48,292 bases of DNA. Source: Candidatus Omnitrophota bacterium (GTDB lineage: Bacteria; Omnitrophota; Gorgyraeia; Gygaellales; JBFMHM01). Of this stretch, positions 23,972-32,719 are shown one piece after another. The stretch covers positions 11,154 to 59,445 of the forward strand of contig JBFMHM010000008.1 in assembly GCA_040753015.1 (NCBI GenBank), given 5' to 3'. The translations under genes were made by a program, and so were the position numbers. The notes beneath the pieces are model-generated. The model saw nothing but the letters and a program-made list of their open reading frames with translations, did not search any database and was not told where the DNA came from. The first letter of the stretch is position 1. Every line of letters begins with the position of its first letter.

Positions 23972-25734
23972 TTTTAGTTCATATTGATGATAGGCCATAT
24001 CAAGTGGAGGCAGGGCAAACAATAATGCAGGCAGCTGACAAATTGGGTTATCATATACCACGGCTTTGTTACCATCCTAAAATTTCTATTGAAGGGGCTT
24101 GCCGTGTTTGTATTGTTGAAGTTGAAGGGATGAAAAATTTTGTTGCTTCATGCGCATTTCCAATCGCTGACGGCATGAAAATTAGGACCCATACTAAAGA
24201 ATTAAGGACAGCTCGCCGGGATATCGTTGAGTTGATTTTAGATAATCATCCCGAAGATTGCCATACTTGCGAAAGAGATGGTATTTGCGAATTACAAAGG
24301 CTTGCTTATGCTATGGGTTTAAGGCATAGGCATTTTGAAGGCGAGAAAAAAGATTACGAGAAAGATCTTTCTTCTACGGCTGTGATAAGAGACCCTAATA
24401 AGTGCATTCTTTGCGGAAGGTGTGTGAGGATTTGTTCTGAAGTGCAGAAGGTAAATGCATTAGGCCATGCCTATCGCGGGTTTAAAACCGTAGTAATGCC
24501 CGCTTATGATATGCCATTTAAAGATAGCGTTTGTACTACCTGTGGACAATGTATTAATGTTTGTCCGACTGCTGCATTTGTTGAAAAAAATTATACTCAA
24601 GAATTATTTGAGAAACTTCAAGACAAAAAATTTGTAAAAATTGCCCAAATTGCTCCATCAGTAAGGGCTGCAATTGGAGAGGCATTTGGTTTTCCTCCGG
24701 GTAGGGCTATGCATCTTGAGACAGTTGCTTGTTTAAAGAGGCTTGGTTTTGACTATGTTTTTGATACACAGCTTACTGCTGATTTGACAATTATGGAAGA
24801 GGCAAGCGAATTCTTAGAAAGGCTTGGAGGAAAAGGAAAGCTTCCTATGATTACTTCTTGTTCAAGCGCATGGATGAAATACATGGAGCAATTTTGTCCC
24901 GATTTAATTGAAAATATATCTACTTGTAAATCACCTATGTCAATGATGGGCGCTCTTTTAAAAAGTTATTTTGCGCAAAAGATTAAAAAAAATCCTACGG
25001 ATATTTTAAGTGTGGCTGTGATGTGTTGTACTGCGAAAAAATATGAAGCAGCCCGTCCAGAGTTAGAGATTGATAGTTTAAGGGCAGTAGATATTGTTGT
25101 AACTACGCGAGAAATAGCTTGGATGATTAAGTCAGCTGGCATTGATTTTGTAAATATAAAAGGGGAGCAATTTGATGAGCCACTTGGAATTTCATCGGGA
25201 GCAGGTGCAATATTTGGGGCAACCGGTGGTGTTATGGAAGCTGCAATTAGGACTGCTTATGAGCTTTATACCGGAGAAACTCTTATGGATATAGAATTAA
25301 ATGATTTAAGGGGTTTAAGCGGCATTAAGGAAGGAAAAATAAATATAGACGGCAAAGAGATAAGGGTTGCTGTTGCGCATGGCTTAGGTAATGCAAGCGA
25401 GCTTCTTTCTATAATAAGAAAAGATCCGGATAGATTCCATTTTATAGAAATAATGGGTTGTCCTGGTGGGTGCATCGGCGGCGGCGGGCAGCCCTATGCA
25501 GGGAGTAATTCAATACCACTTGATGAAGAGTGTTTAAGAAAACGCGCTCAGGCGCTTTATGATATCGACAGAGGAAAAACTATTAGAAGGAGCCATGAAA
25601 ATCCTGATGTTCAAAAGATATATAAAGAATTTTTAGGCAGGCCATTAGGAGCTTTGTCGCATAAATATCTGCATACGCATTATAAACCAAAAGAGCCGCG
25701 TGGTATAATTCCAGAAGAGATTAAAGCAAGGTAA
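23956..25734 (+). CDS. hydA: [FeFe]-hydrogenase catalytic subunit (HydA, NuoG-like N-terminus plus H-cluster domain plus small-subunit-like tail)
   Basis: 2Fe-2S (CYHPKISIEGACRVCIVE), His-ligated cluster (HPEDCHTCERDGICELQ), two ferredoxin motifs, and H-cluster motifs TSCSSAW / MCCTAKKYE / EIMGCPGGCIGGGGQP. Confidence 0.9.
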   Translation: MEKKLVLVHIDDRPYQVEAGQTIMQAADKLGYHIPRLCYHPKISIEGACRVCIVEVEGMKNFVASCAFPIADGMKIRTHTKELRTARRDIVELILDNHPEDCHTCERDGICELQRLAYAMGLRHRHFEGEKKDYEKDLSSTAVIRDPNKCILCGRCVRICSEVQKVNALGHAYRGFKTVVMPAYDMPFKDSVCTTCGQCINVCPTAAFVEKNYTQELFEKLQDKKFVKIAQIAPSVRAAIGEAFGFPPGRAMHLETVACLKRLGFDYVFDTQLTADLTIMEEASEFLERLGGKGKLPMITSCSSAWMKYMEQFCPDLIENISTCKSPMSMMGALLKSYFAQKIKKNPTDILSVAVMCCTAKKYEAARPELEIDSLRAVDIVVTTREIAWMIKSAGIDFVNIKGEQFDEPLGISSGAGAIFGATGGVMEAAIRTAYELYTGETLMDIELNDLRGLSGIKEGKINIDGKEIRVAVAHGLGNASELLSIIRKDPDRFHFIEIMGCPGGCIGGGGQPYAGSNSIPLDEECLRKRAQALYDIDRGKTIRRSHENPDVQKIYKEFLGRPLGALSHKYLHTHYKPKEPRGIIPEEIKAR

Positions 25735-25751
25735 TTTTTAGGAGATGAATT

Positions 25752-26234
25752 ATGGAAATGATTGATAATAAAAAGATAGGCATTCTAAAAGATCACATTA
25801 AGAGTTTTTCTAATAAACCGCATCCGGAATCAAACCTTATAGCTATTTTACATAAAGCTCAGGAACTTTTTGGTTATCTTGATAAAGATGTAATGAATGA
25901 AATTGCATTATTTATGAATATTCCACGGGCTCATATTTGGGGAGTGGCAACTTTTTATCATTTTTTTAGGCTAAAACCCCAAGGTAAACATTCTATTTCT
26001 ATATGTTTAGGTACCGCTTGCTATGTTAAGGGTGCTAGTGAGATTCTTGATATGATAAAAAGTGAATTAAAAATTGATATTGGAGAGACTACGCAGGATG
26101 GATTATTTACCTTAATCGAAACTAGGTGTTTAGGCGCTTGTGGCCTTGCGCCGGTGATAATGATTGATGAAAAAATTTATGGCAATATTACACCAAAAAA
26201 AGCTATCGAAATTTTAAAAACTTTTAAAAAATAG
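25752..26234 (+). CDS. hydC: NuoE-like [2Fe-2S] subunit (HydC) of the [FeFe]-hydrogenase
   Basis: ISICLGTACYVKGA...TRCLGACGLAPVIMID is the NuoE C-x4-C...C-x3-C pattern. About 160 aa. Confidence 0.85.
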   Translation: MEMIDNKKIGILKDHIKSFSNKPHPESNLIAILHKAQELFGYLDKDVMNEIALFMNIPRAHIWGVATFYHFFRLKPQGKHSISICLGTACYVKGASEILDMIKSELKIDIGETTQDGLFTLIETRCLGACGLAPVIMIDEKIYGNITPKKAIEILKTFKK

Positions 26235-26260
26235 ATAAACCAATAAACAAGGAGGAAAAA

Positions 26261-26644
26261 ATGGCTAAAATATTGGTTATTGATGATGATGTAGATTTTG
26301 TTGAGGCAATGATTACATTGCTTGAGGCAAAAGGCTATGAAGTAATTACTGCAGAGAATGGTAAAGTAGGTTTTGATAAGGCAAAGGCTGAACTGCCGGC
26401 CTTAATTTTTCTTGATGTAATGATGACAAATAAAAGTGAAGGATTTGATATTGCGAGAAATTTAAAACAGGAGATCGTTACCAAGAATATCCCGGTAGTT
26501 ATAATAACTGGTATTAGAAAAGATATGAATATACCTTTTAGTTTTCAGGCAGATGAGGATTGGCTTCCGGTTAAGGCGGTTTTAGAAAAACCAGTAAAAC
26601 CAGAAATTGTTTTAAAAACAGTCGAAGAATATGTAAAAAAATAA
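26261..26644 (+). CDS. Stand-alone response-regulator receiver domain (CheY-like)
   Basis: ILVIDDDVDF, phospho-acceptor context LIFLDVMM, VVIITG and EKPVKPE (conserved Lys). No output domain. Confidence 0.85.
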   Translation: MAKILVIDDDVDFVEAMITLLEAKGYEVITAENGKVGFDKAKAELPALIFLDVMMTNKSEGFDIARNLKQEIVTKNIPVVIITGIRKDMNIPFSFQADEDWLPVKAVLEKPVKPEIVLKTVEEYVKK

Positions 26645-26652
26645 TTAATATC

Positions 26653-28026
26653 ATGAAACACATTAACGAAGATAAAATAGTTGGTTTAATTGAGAAGGCA
26701 AAGAATGTAAGCGCAAGAGATATTAAGGCGATATTAGAGAAGAGTAAATTGCTTAAGCGGCTAACGCTTGAAGAAACAGCTAGTCTTTTAGCAGTGAAAG
26801 ATGAAGCATTGATTAAGAAAATATTCGATGCTGCTTGGTATGTTAAAGATACTATTTATGGCCGCAGGATGGTTATCTTTGCACCACTTTATATAAGCAA
26901 TATCTGTTCAAATAATTGTTTATATTGTGCATTTAAATCAGATAATAAATTAGTCGAAAGAAAAGCGCTTAGCCTAGATGAAATTAAAAACGAAGTAGAA
27001 TTACTTTTAAAAAAGGGCCATAAGCGGATTCTGCTTGTTGCTGGAGAAAAGGATGATAATGTAAGTTATTATGTTGATGCAATCAGGGCAATTTACTCAG
27101 TTAAAATAGGCAAGAATTATATTCGCCGTGTTAACATTAATTGCGCGCCACTTTCTGTAGAGGATTTTAAGAAAATAAAGGCCGCAGGTATTGGGACATA
27201 TCAGCTTTTTCAGGAAACATACCACGATGTAACTTACAGAAAAGTTCATCCGAAAGGCCCAAAATCTGACCCAGATAATAGGCTCGATGCGGTTGATCGT
27301 GCTTTTAAAGCGGGAATTGATGATCTTGGAATAGGTGTTTTATATGGGTTATATGATTACAAATTCGATACATTAGCACTTCTTTCACATATTGAATATT
27401 TAGAAAAAACTTTTGGCCTCGGGCCGCATACGATATCAGTTCCAAGAATTGAACCGGCATTCGGCTCTGATTTTAGTAAAAACGTTCCTTACAAAATAAG
27501 TGATAGCGAATTTAAAAAAATCATCGCAATTCTACGATTGTCAGTTCCTTATACAGGAATGATTCTTTCAACGCGCGAATCTTCTGGCCTTCGCGATGAG
27601 TTATTTAGTTTAGGTATATCACAAATTAGCGCGGAATCAAAAACATCTCCTGGCGGATATCAAGAGGGCAGAAAAGATATTGCATCGCAGTTTGCAATTA
27701 GCGATGAGAGAACATTAGATGAGGTTGTCGCATCTTTAATTAAAAAAGATTTTATTCCTAGTTTTTGTGCGGCGTGTTATAGAAAAGAGCGCACAGGTGG
27801 AACTTTTATGAATTTAGCAAAACCGGGGGCAATAAAAGATAAATGCACGATTAACGGTATAATTACTTTTAAGGAATATTTAGATGATTTTGCTTCAGAT
27901 GAAGTTAAAAAAAATGGTAATAATTTAATAAATAGATTTAAAGAAAGATTAGGCAGAAATGATAAAGCTTTGTTAGAAGAATATTTAAAGAATATTGAAC
28001 AAGGCGCGCGCGATGAATATATCTAA
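26653..28026 (+). CDS. hydG: [FeFe]-hydrogenase H-cluster maturase HydG (radical SAM tyrosine lyase)
   Basis: YISNICSNNCLYCAF radical SAM motif, a ThiH-like body, and the C-terminal C-x2-C-x22-C motif (FCAACYRKERTGGTFMNLAKPGAIKDKC). Confidence 0.9.
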   Translation: MKHINEDKIVGLIEKAKNVSARDIKAILEKSKLLKRLTLEETASLLAVKDEALIKKIFDAAWYVKDTIYGRRMVIFAPLYISNICSNNCLYCAFKSDNKLVERKALSLDEIKNEVELLLKKGHKRILLVAGEKDDNVSYYVDAIRAIYSVKIGKNYIRRVNINCAPLSVEDFKKIKAAGIGTYQLFQETYHDVTYRKVHPKGPKSDPDNRLDAVDRAFKAGIDDLGIGVLYGLYDYKFDTLALLSHIEYLEKTFGLGPHTISVPRIEPAFGSDFSKNVPYKISDSEFKKIIAILRLSVPYTGMILSTRESSGLRDELFSLGISQISAESKTSPGGYQEGRKDIASQFAISDERTLDEVVASLIKKDFIPSFCAACYRKERTGGTFMNLAKPGAIKDKCTINGIITFKEYLDDFASDEVKKNGNNLINRFKERLGRNDKALLEEYLKNIEQGARDEYI

Positions 28027-29071
28027 AACAAAAGATATCTTAGATAGAACTTATGACAGAGAAAATCCAGAGGCCAAAGATTTAGTATATTTGATATCTT
28101 TAGAAAATAAAGATGATTTAACTTATTTATTTAGTTTGGCTGATAAAGTGCGTCAAGAATATATGGGGCAGGGTATCTTGTTGCGCGGGATTGTCGAATT
28201 TTCCAATTATTGCCGCAATAGTTGTTATTATTGCGGATTAAATAAGAACAATGCGCGCTTAGCGCGATATAAATTAACAATTCAAGAAATAATCGAGAGC
28301 GTTGATCATATTATCAAGCGAAATATTAAGACAGTTGTGCTTCAGTCTGGAGAATGTGGAGAATTAGACTATCTTTGGTTGGCAGAAGTAATTAAAGAAA
28401 TAAGATTAAAGTTTGATATTGCAATAACGTTATCAGTCGGTGAGTGGAAGGAAAAAGAATATAAATCGTGGCGTGATGCTGGCGCCGATAGGTATTTATT
28501 AAAAATTGAAACTACAGATAAAAAGCTTTATCAATCTTTGCATCCACAAATGAATTTTGATAATAGAATGAGGTGCTTAGAAATTTTACGTAATTTAAGT
28601 TATCAGGTTGGTACAGGTAATATTATCGGCCTTAAAAATCAGACTTTAGAGCAAATTGTAGGCGATATATTATTTTTTAAAAGCGGAAACTTTGACATGG
28701 TTGGCATTGGCCCGTTTATACCGCACCCAGAAACAAAACTGAATTTCGAGCCTAAAGGAAATGTTAGCCTCACTTTAAAAACTGTGGCGCTTGCGCGTAT
28801 TGTTACAAAAAATGCACATATTCCTGCAACTACAGCATTAGGGAGTGTGGGTGAAGAAGATTATAGAATTAATGCATTAAAAGCTGGGGCAAATGTCTTA
28901 ATGCCAAATTTTACACCACTTAAATATAAAAAACTTTATGAAATTTATCCAAATAAAAGATGTGTCGATGAGGCAGTTGGTGCATGTAGTTTCTGTGCAG
29001 AAACTATTGCAAGTTCAATTAATAGATTTATCGATTATTCAAAAGGAAATAGTTTAAAAGGAGCTATGTGA
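28013..29071 (+). CDS. hydE: [FeFe]-hydrogenase H-cluster maturase HydE (radical SAM)
   Basis: GIVEFSNYCRNSCYYCGLNKNNARLARYKL, VLQSGECGELD, GANVLMPNFTPLKYKKLYEIYP, and the C-terminal Cys triad CVDEAVGACSFC. The ATG at 28013 is in frame with the listed TTG at 27995. Confidence 0.9.
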   Translation: MNISKTKDILDRTYDRENPEAKDLVYLISLENKDDLTYLFSLADKVRQEYMGQGILLRGIVEFSNYCRNSCYYCGLNKNNARLARYKLTIQEIIESVDHIIKRNIKTVVLQSGECGELDYLWLAEVIKEIRLKFDIAITLSVGEWKEKEYKSWRDAGADRYLLKIETTDKKLYQSLHPQMNFDNRMRCLEILRNLSYQVGTGNIIGLKNQTLEQIVGDILFFKSGNFDMVGIGPFIPHPETKLNFEPKGNVSLTLKTVALARIVTKNAHIPATTALGSVGEEDYRINALKAGANVLMPNFTPLKYKKLYEIYPNKRCVDEAVGACSFCAETIASSINRFIDYSKGNSLKGAM

Positions 29072-30309
29072 AGACAACGCCTAAATCGTTACGTTTACAA
29101 ATTGGCATATTTGGCCGCACGAATGTAGGAAAATCAAGCTTTTTAAATTATATTGCTAAGCAAGACGTCGCGATAACTTCGCCGGTTCCGGGTACAACTA
29201 CAGATGTAGTAGAAAAAACTATGGAGCTTTTACCAGTTGGCCCAGTTGTATTTTTAGATACAGCGGGGCTCGATGATGTTTCAGAATTAAGTAATCTTCG
29301 CATACAAAAAACGAAAAAAATATTTAATCGTTCAGATGTTATCTTATTGATTATTGAGCCGGATGTTTGGACAGAATATGAAGAAAATGTTTTAACGATA
29401 GCAAAAGAGAAAAACATTCCCTATATTATTGTTGTTAATAAAATTGATAAAAATTATCCTAGCCGGATATTTATTGATAAACTTAAACAGAATACAGAGA
29501 GATTTTTACTTTGTTCGAGTATTGATTTAAAAGATCGAGATAAAAATGTAAATTTATTAAAAAAATATTTACTTGAAATTACTCCTGATAGCGTGCTTAA
29601 TGCAGCTAGCATTCTGGAGGGAATTTTACCAAAAGGTGGGCTTGCGCTTTTGATTGTTCCTATTGATTTAGAAGCGCCAAAGGGGAGAATTATTTTACCG
29701 CAAGTACAGGTAGTTCGTGATTGCCTTGATAATGATGCCGCGAGTTTAATAGTAAAAGAGCATCAGTACAAAGATATATTAAAAAAATTAAAAGTAAATC
29801 CGGATATAGTTATTTGTGATTCACAAGTTGTTGATAAGATGGTAAACGATTCTCCTAAAGGTATTAATTGTACGACTTTTTCGATACTTTTTACGCATTG
29901 GAAGGCAGATTTAGCTTGTGCAACAAAGTCCGTTTTTATTTTAGATTACTTAAGAGGAAATGATAAAATTCTTATTGCTGAAAGTTGCTCGCATCATGCA
30001 ATTGAAGACGATATTGGCAGAGTTAAAATTCCGCGTTGGTTGAATGAATACTTAGGGTTTAAGCCAGAAATTGATATTTGTTCGGGAAGAGATTTTCCTG
30101 AAGATTTAAGAAAATATAAACTCGTAATTCATTGCGGAAGCTGTATGATTACACGCAAAGAAACCTTAAGAAGGATTGAATTTGCAAAAGAGGCTGGAGT
30201 TGCGATTACAAACTATGGTGTTTGTATTGCTTATTTAAAAGGCGCCTTAGCTAGAGTGCTTGAACCCTTTCCTTATGCGCTTGAGATATTTAAAAAATAT
30301 GGAAAATAA
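29068..30309 (+). CDS. hydF: [FeFe]-hydrogenase maturation GTPase/scaffold HydF
   Basis: P-loop GRTNVGKSS, DTAG, NKID, and C-terminal cluster ligands ESCSHH...IHCGSCM. The GTG start overlaps the hydE stop. Confidence 0.9.
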   Translation: MKTTPKSLRLQIGIFGRTNVGKSSFLNYIAKQDVAITSPVPGTTTDVVEKTMELLPVGPVVFLDTAGLDDVSELSNLRIQKTKKIFNRSDVILLIIEPDVWTEYEENVLTIAKEKNIPYIIVVNKIDKNYPSRIFIDKLKQNTERFLLCSSIDLKDRDKNVNLLKKYLLEITPDSVLNAASILEGILPKGGLALLIVPIDLEAPKGRIILPQVQVVRDCLDNDAASLIVKEHQYKDILKKLKVNPDIVICDSQVVDKMVNDSPKGINCTTFSILFTHWKADLACATKSVFILDYLRGNDKILIAESCSHHAIEDDIGRVKIPRWLNEYLGFKPEIDICSGRDFPEDLRKYKLVIHCGSCMITRKETLRRIEFAKEAGVAITNYGVCIAYLKGALARVLEPFPYALEIFKKYGK

Positions 30310-31978
30310 TTTCTTACCTATATCAAAGGAGGATTTAGAAAAACGTGGATGGCATGAGTTAGATATTATTCTTATTACGGGTGATGCTTACGTGGATCAT
30401 CCGTCTTATGGTGTTAGCGTTATTGGTAGAGTTTTAGAAAAAGCGGGTTTCAAGGTTGGTGTTATTGCTCAGCCGAATTGGCGCGATAAAAATGATTTTA
30501 TGAAATTAGGCAGGCCTAAATTATTTTTTGGTATAACTAGCGGTAACGTTGATTCAATGGTTGCCAACTATACTGCAAATAAAAAACCTCGCAAGACCGA
30601 TGATTATTCGCCGCAACAAAAAAATCAATTTCGGCCTGACCGCGCCTTAATTGTTTATTCAAATAGAGCTAAAGAAGCATTCCCTGATACAAAAATAGTT
30701 TTAGGAGGGATAGAGGCAAGCCTTCGTAGGCTGGTTCACTATGATTATTGGAGTGATTCAGTTAGGCGTTCCATTCTTATTGATGCAAAGGCAGATATTT
30801 TGGCTTATGGCATGGCAGAAAAAGCAATTGTTGAAATTGCTAAAAGATTAAGCCAAAATAAAGAATTGTATAATATTCGCGGCACGGTAATAGTTAGAAA
30901 AAATTTTGATTCTTTAGAAAATTTTTTAGAAATTCCATCTTTTGAAGAGATTGCTCTAGATAAAAATAGATTCAATCTTGCTTTTAGGTTTATTTATGAA
31001 AATCAAAATCCGTTTTCAGCGAAAATTTTAATACAGAAGCATGCCGATAGATTTATAGTGTATTTCCCACCGCAGCTACCTTTAAAAACAGAAGAATTAG
31101 ATGAAATTTTTGATTTGCCATATGTGCGAAATTGGCATCCTGTATATAATAAACTTGGAGGAATTAAGGCATTTGAAACTATAAAAAGCTCTATAATAGC
31201 TCATCGTGGATGTGTAGGAGAGTGTAGTTTTTGCTCCTTATATTTTCATCAAGGCAGGATTGTTCAATCAAGAAGCCATGCCTCGATCCTTAAGGAAGTC
31301 AAACTTATTACTAGGCAAAGTTATTTTAAAGGCACAATTTCTGATGTTGGAGGCCCAACAGCAAATTTATATAGCGCAGAATGCGATCGTTGGCGGAAAG
31401 AGGGGTTTTGTAAAGATAAAAAATGTCTTATTCCGCAAAAATGTTTTAATCTAAAACTTAATTATGATAAATGTTTAAATTTATATGGGAAAATTAAGAA
31501 TATTCATGGAATAAAACATGTTTTTATTGCGAGCGGCTTTCGCTATGATTTGCTAATCGAGAAATATGCTGTAAAATATTTATCCGAACTTTGTAAATAT
31601 TATATTAGCGGGCAGATGAAGGTTGCGCCAGAGCATGCTGCTGATAATGTGCTTGAAATTATGAATAAGCCGCATTTTAAAATCTATGAAAAATTTGTTC
31701 ATAAGTTTGAACAGATAAATAAAAATTTAAAGAAACGTTGCTTTTTAGTAAATTATTTTATAATCGCGCATCCCGGGACAACTAATAATGATGCGTTTAT
31801 TCTAAAGGAATATCTTCGAAGGAAACATATTCATCCAGAGCAAATTCAAGATTTTATCCCTATTCCAATGACTTTATCAGCGGCTATTTATCATACTGCT
31901 AAGCATCCATTGACAGGCTATAGCATCTATATCCCAAAGACATTTCAAGAAAGGAAGCTCCAACGTGTTATGATTTGA
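30299..31978 (+). CDS. ygiQ: YgiQ-family (UPF0313) radical SAM protein
   Basis: N-terminal LPISKEDLEKRGWHELDIILITGDAYVDHPSYG is typical of YgiQ. Radical SAM motif HRGCVGECSFCSL. The ATG at 30299 overlaps the hydF end by 11 nt. Confidence 0.8.
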   Translation: MENNFLPISKEDLEKRGWHELDIILITGDAYVDHPSYGVSVIGRVLEKAGFKVGVIAQPNWRDKNDFMKLGRPKLFFGITSGNVDSMVANYTANKKPRKTDDYSPQQKNQFRPDRALIVYSNRAKEAFPDTKIVLGGIEASLRRLVHYDYWSDSVRRSILIDAKADILAYGMAEKAIVEIAKRLSQNKELYNIRGTVIVRKNFDSLENFLEIPSFEEIALDKNRFNLAFRFIYENQNPFSAKILIQKHADRFIVYFPPQLPLKTEELDEIFDLPYVRNWHPVYNKLGGIKAFETIKSSIIAHRGCVGECSFCSLYFHQGRIVQSRSHASILKEVKLITRQSYFKGTISDVGGPTANLYSAECDRWRKEGFCKDKKCLIPQKCFNLKLNYDKCLNLYGKIKNIHGIKHVFIASGFRYDLLIEKYAVKYLSELCKYYISGQMKVAPEHAADNVLEIMNKPHFKIYEKFVHKFEQINKNLKKRCFLVNYFIIAHPGTTNNDAFILKEYLRRKHIHPEQIQDFIPIPMTLSAAIYHTAKHPLTGYSIYIPKTFQERKLQRVMI

Positions 31979-32023
31979 GCAGAATTAGTTTACTTTTGGT
32001 TAATTTAATGTTATATTAACCAA

Positions 32024-32719
32024 ATGAAACTCGAGCAACTTTCTGTATTTCTTCCTGCTTATAATGAACAGGATAATATTGTTAATACTGTAGAAGCTGT
32101 ATATAAAATAATGCCTCATTTTGCGGAAAAGTTTGAGGTTATTATTATTAATGATGGTTCCAGTGATCAAACGGCAGCGCGTTTAGAGGAGCTAGCTAAC
32201 AAGTACGTTGATTTTAGAATTATAACTCATGCAAATAATAGAGGTTATGGCGCAGCCCTAAAGAGCGGATTTCTTAATTCTAAATACGATTATATTTTCT
32301 TTTCTGATAGCGATGGCCAGTTTGATCTAAGTCAAATAGATAAGCTAATTACATTAATCAATATTTGTGATATTGCTATTGGTTTTCGTATTAAAAGGCA
32401 GGATCCGCTTTATAGAATTATTAATGCCAAGGCCTATAATTTATTAGTTGTAATGTTGTTTGGCCTTGGGGTTAGAGATATCGATTGCGCATTTAAATTA
32501 ATCAGAAAAAATGTTTTAGATAAAATTAATTTAAAAAGCGAAAGTCAATTTATTAGCGCAGAGTTTTTAATTAAAGCGAAAAAATTAGGGTTTAGGATTC
32601 AACAATGCCCGGTAAAACATTTGCCACGAACGGAAGGTAGGGCAACTGGTAATTCATTTCGTGCAATTGTCAATTCTTTTAAGGAGCTATTTAGATTATG
32701 GAAGGAATTAAAACATTAA
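32024..32719 (+). CDS. Family 2 glycosyltransferase (polyprenol-phosphate sugar synthase, DPM1/ArnC-like)
   Basis: LSVFLPAYNEQDNI, IIINDGSSDQT, FFSDSDGQFD (DxD). Confidence 0.8.
   Translation: MKLEQLSVFLPAYNEQDNIVNTVEAVYKIMPHFAEKFEVIIINDGSSDQTAARLEELANKYVDFRIITHANNRGYGAALKSGFLNSKYDYIFFSDSDGQFDLSQIDKLITLINICDIAIGFRIKRQDPLYRIINAKAYNLLVVMLFGLGVRDIDCAFKLIRKNVLDKINLKSESQFISAEFLIKAKKLGFRIQQCPVKHLPRTEGRATGNSFRAIVNSFKELFRLWKELKH

Noticed and set aside
16118-25734. Possible selenocysteine or other recoding in the hydrogenase catalytic subunits
   Set aside because: Both large subunits read through with Cys at all ligand positions (RICGICACGHS / DPCISCATH; the H-cluster L1-L3 motifs). No in-frame TGA interrupts any hydrogenase gene.
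29814-29826. Perfect palindrome TTGTGA-T-TCACAA resembling Rex half-sites, inside hydF
   Set aside because: The half-site spacing is far shorter than the Rex operator (TTGTGAA-n4-TTCACAA), and it lies deep inside a coding region. It is probably coincidental.
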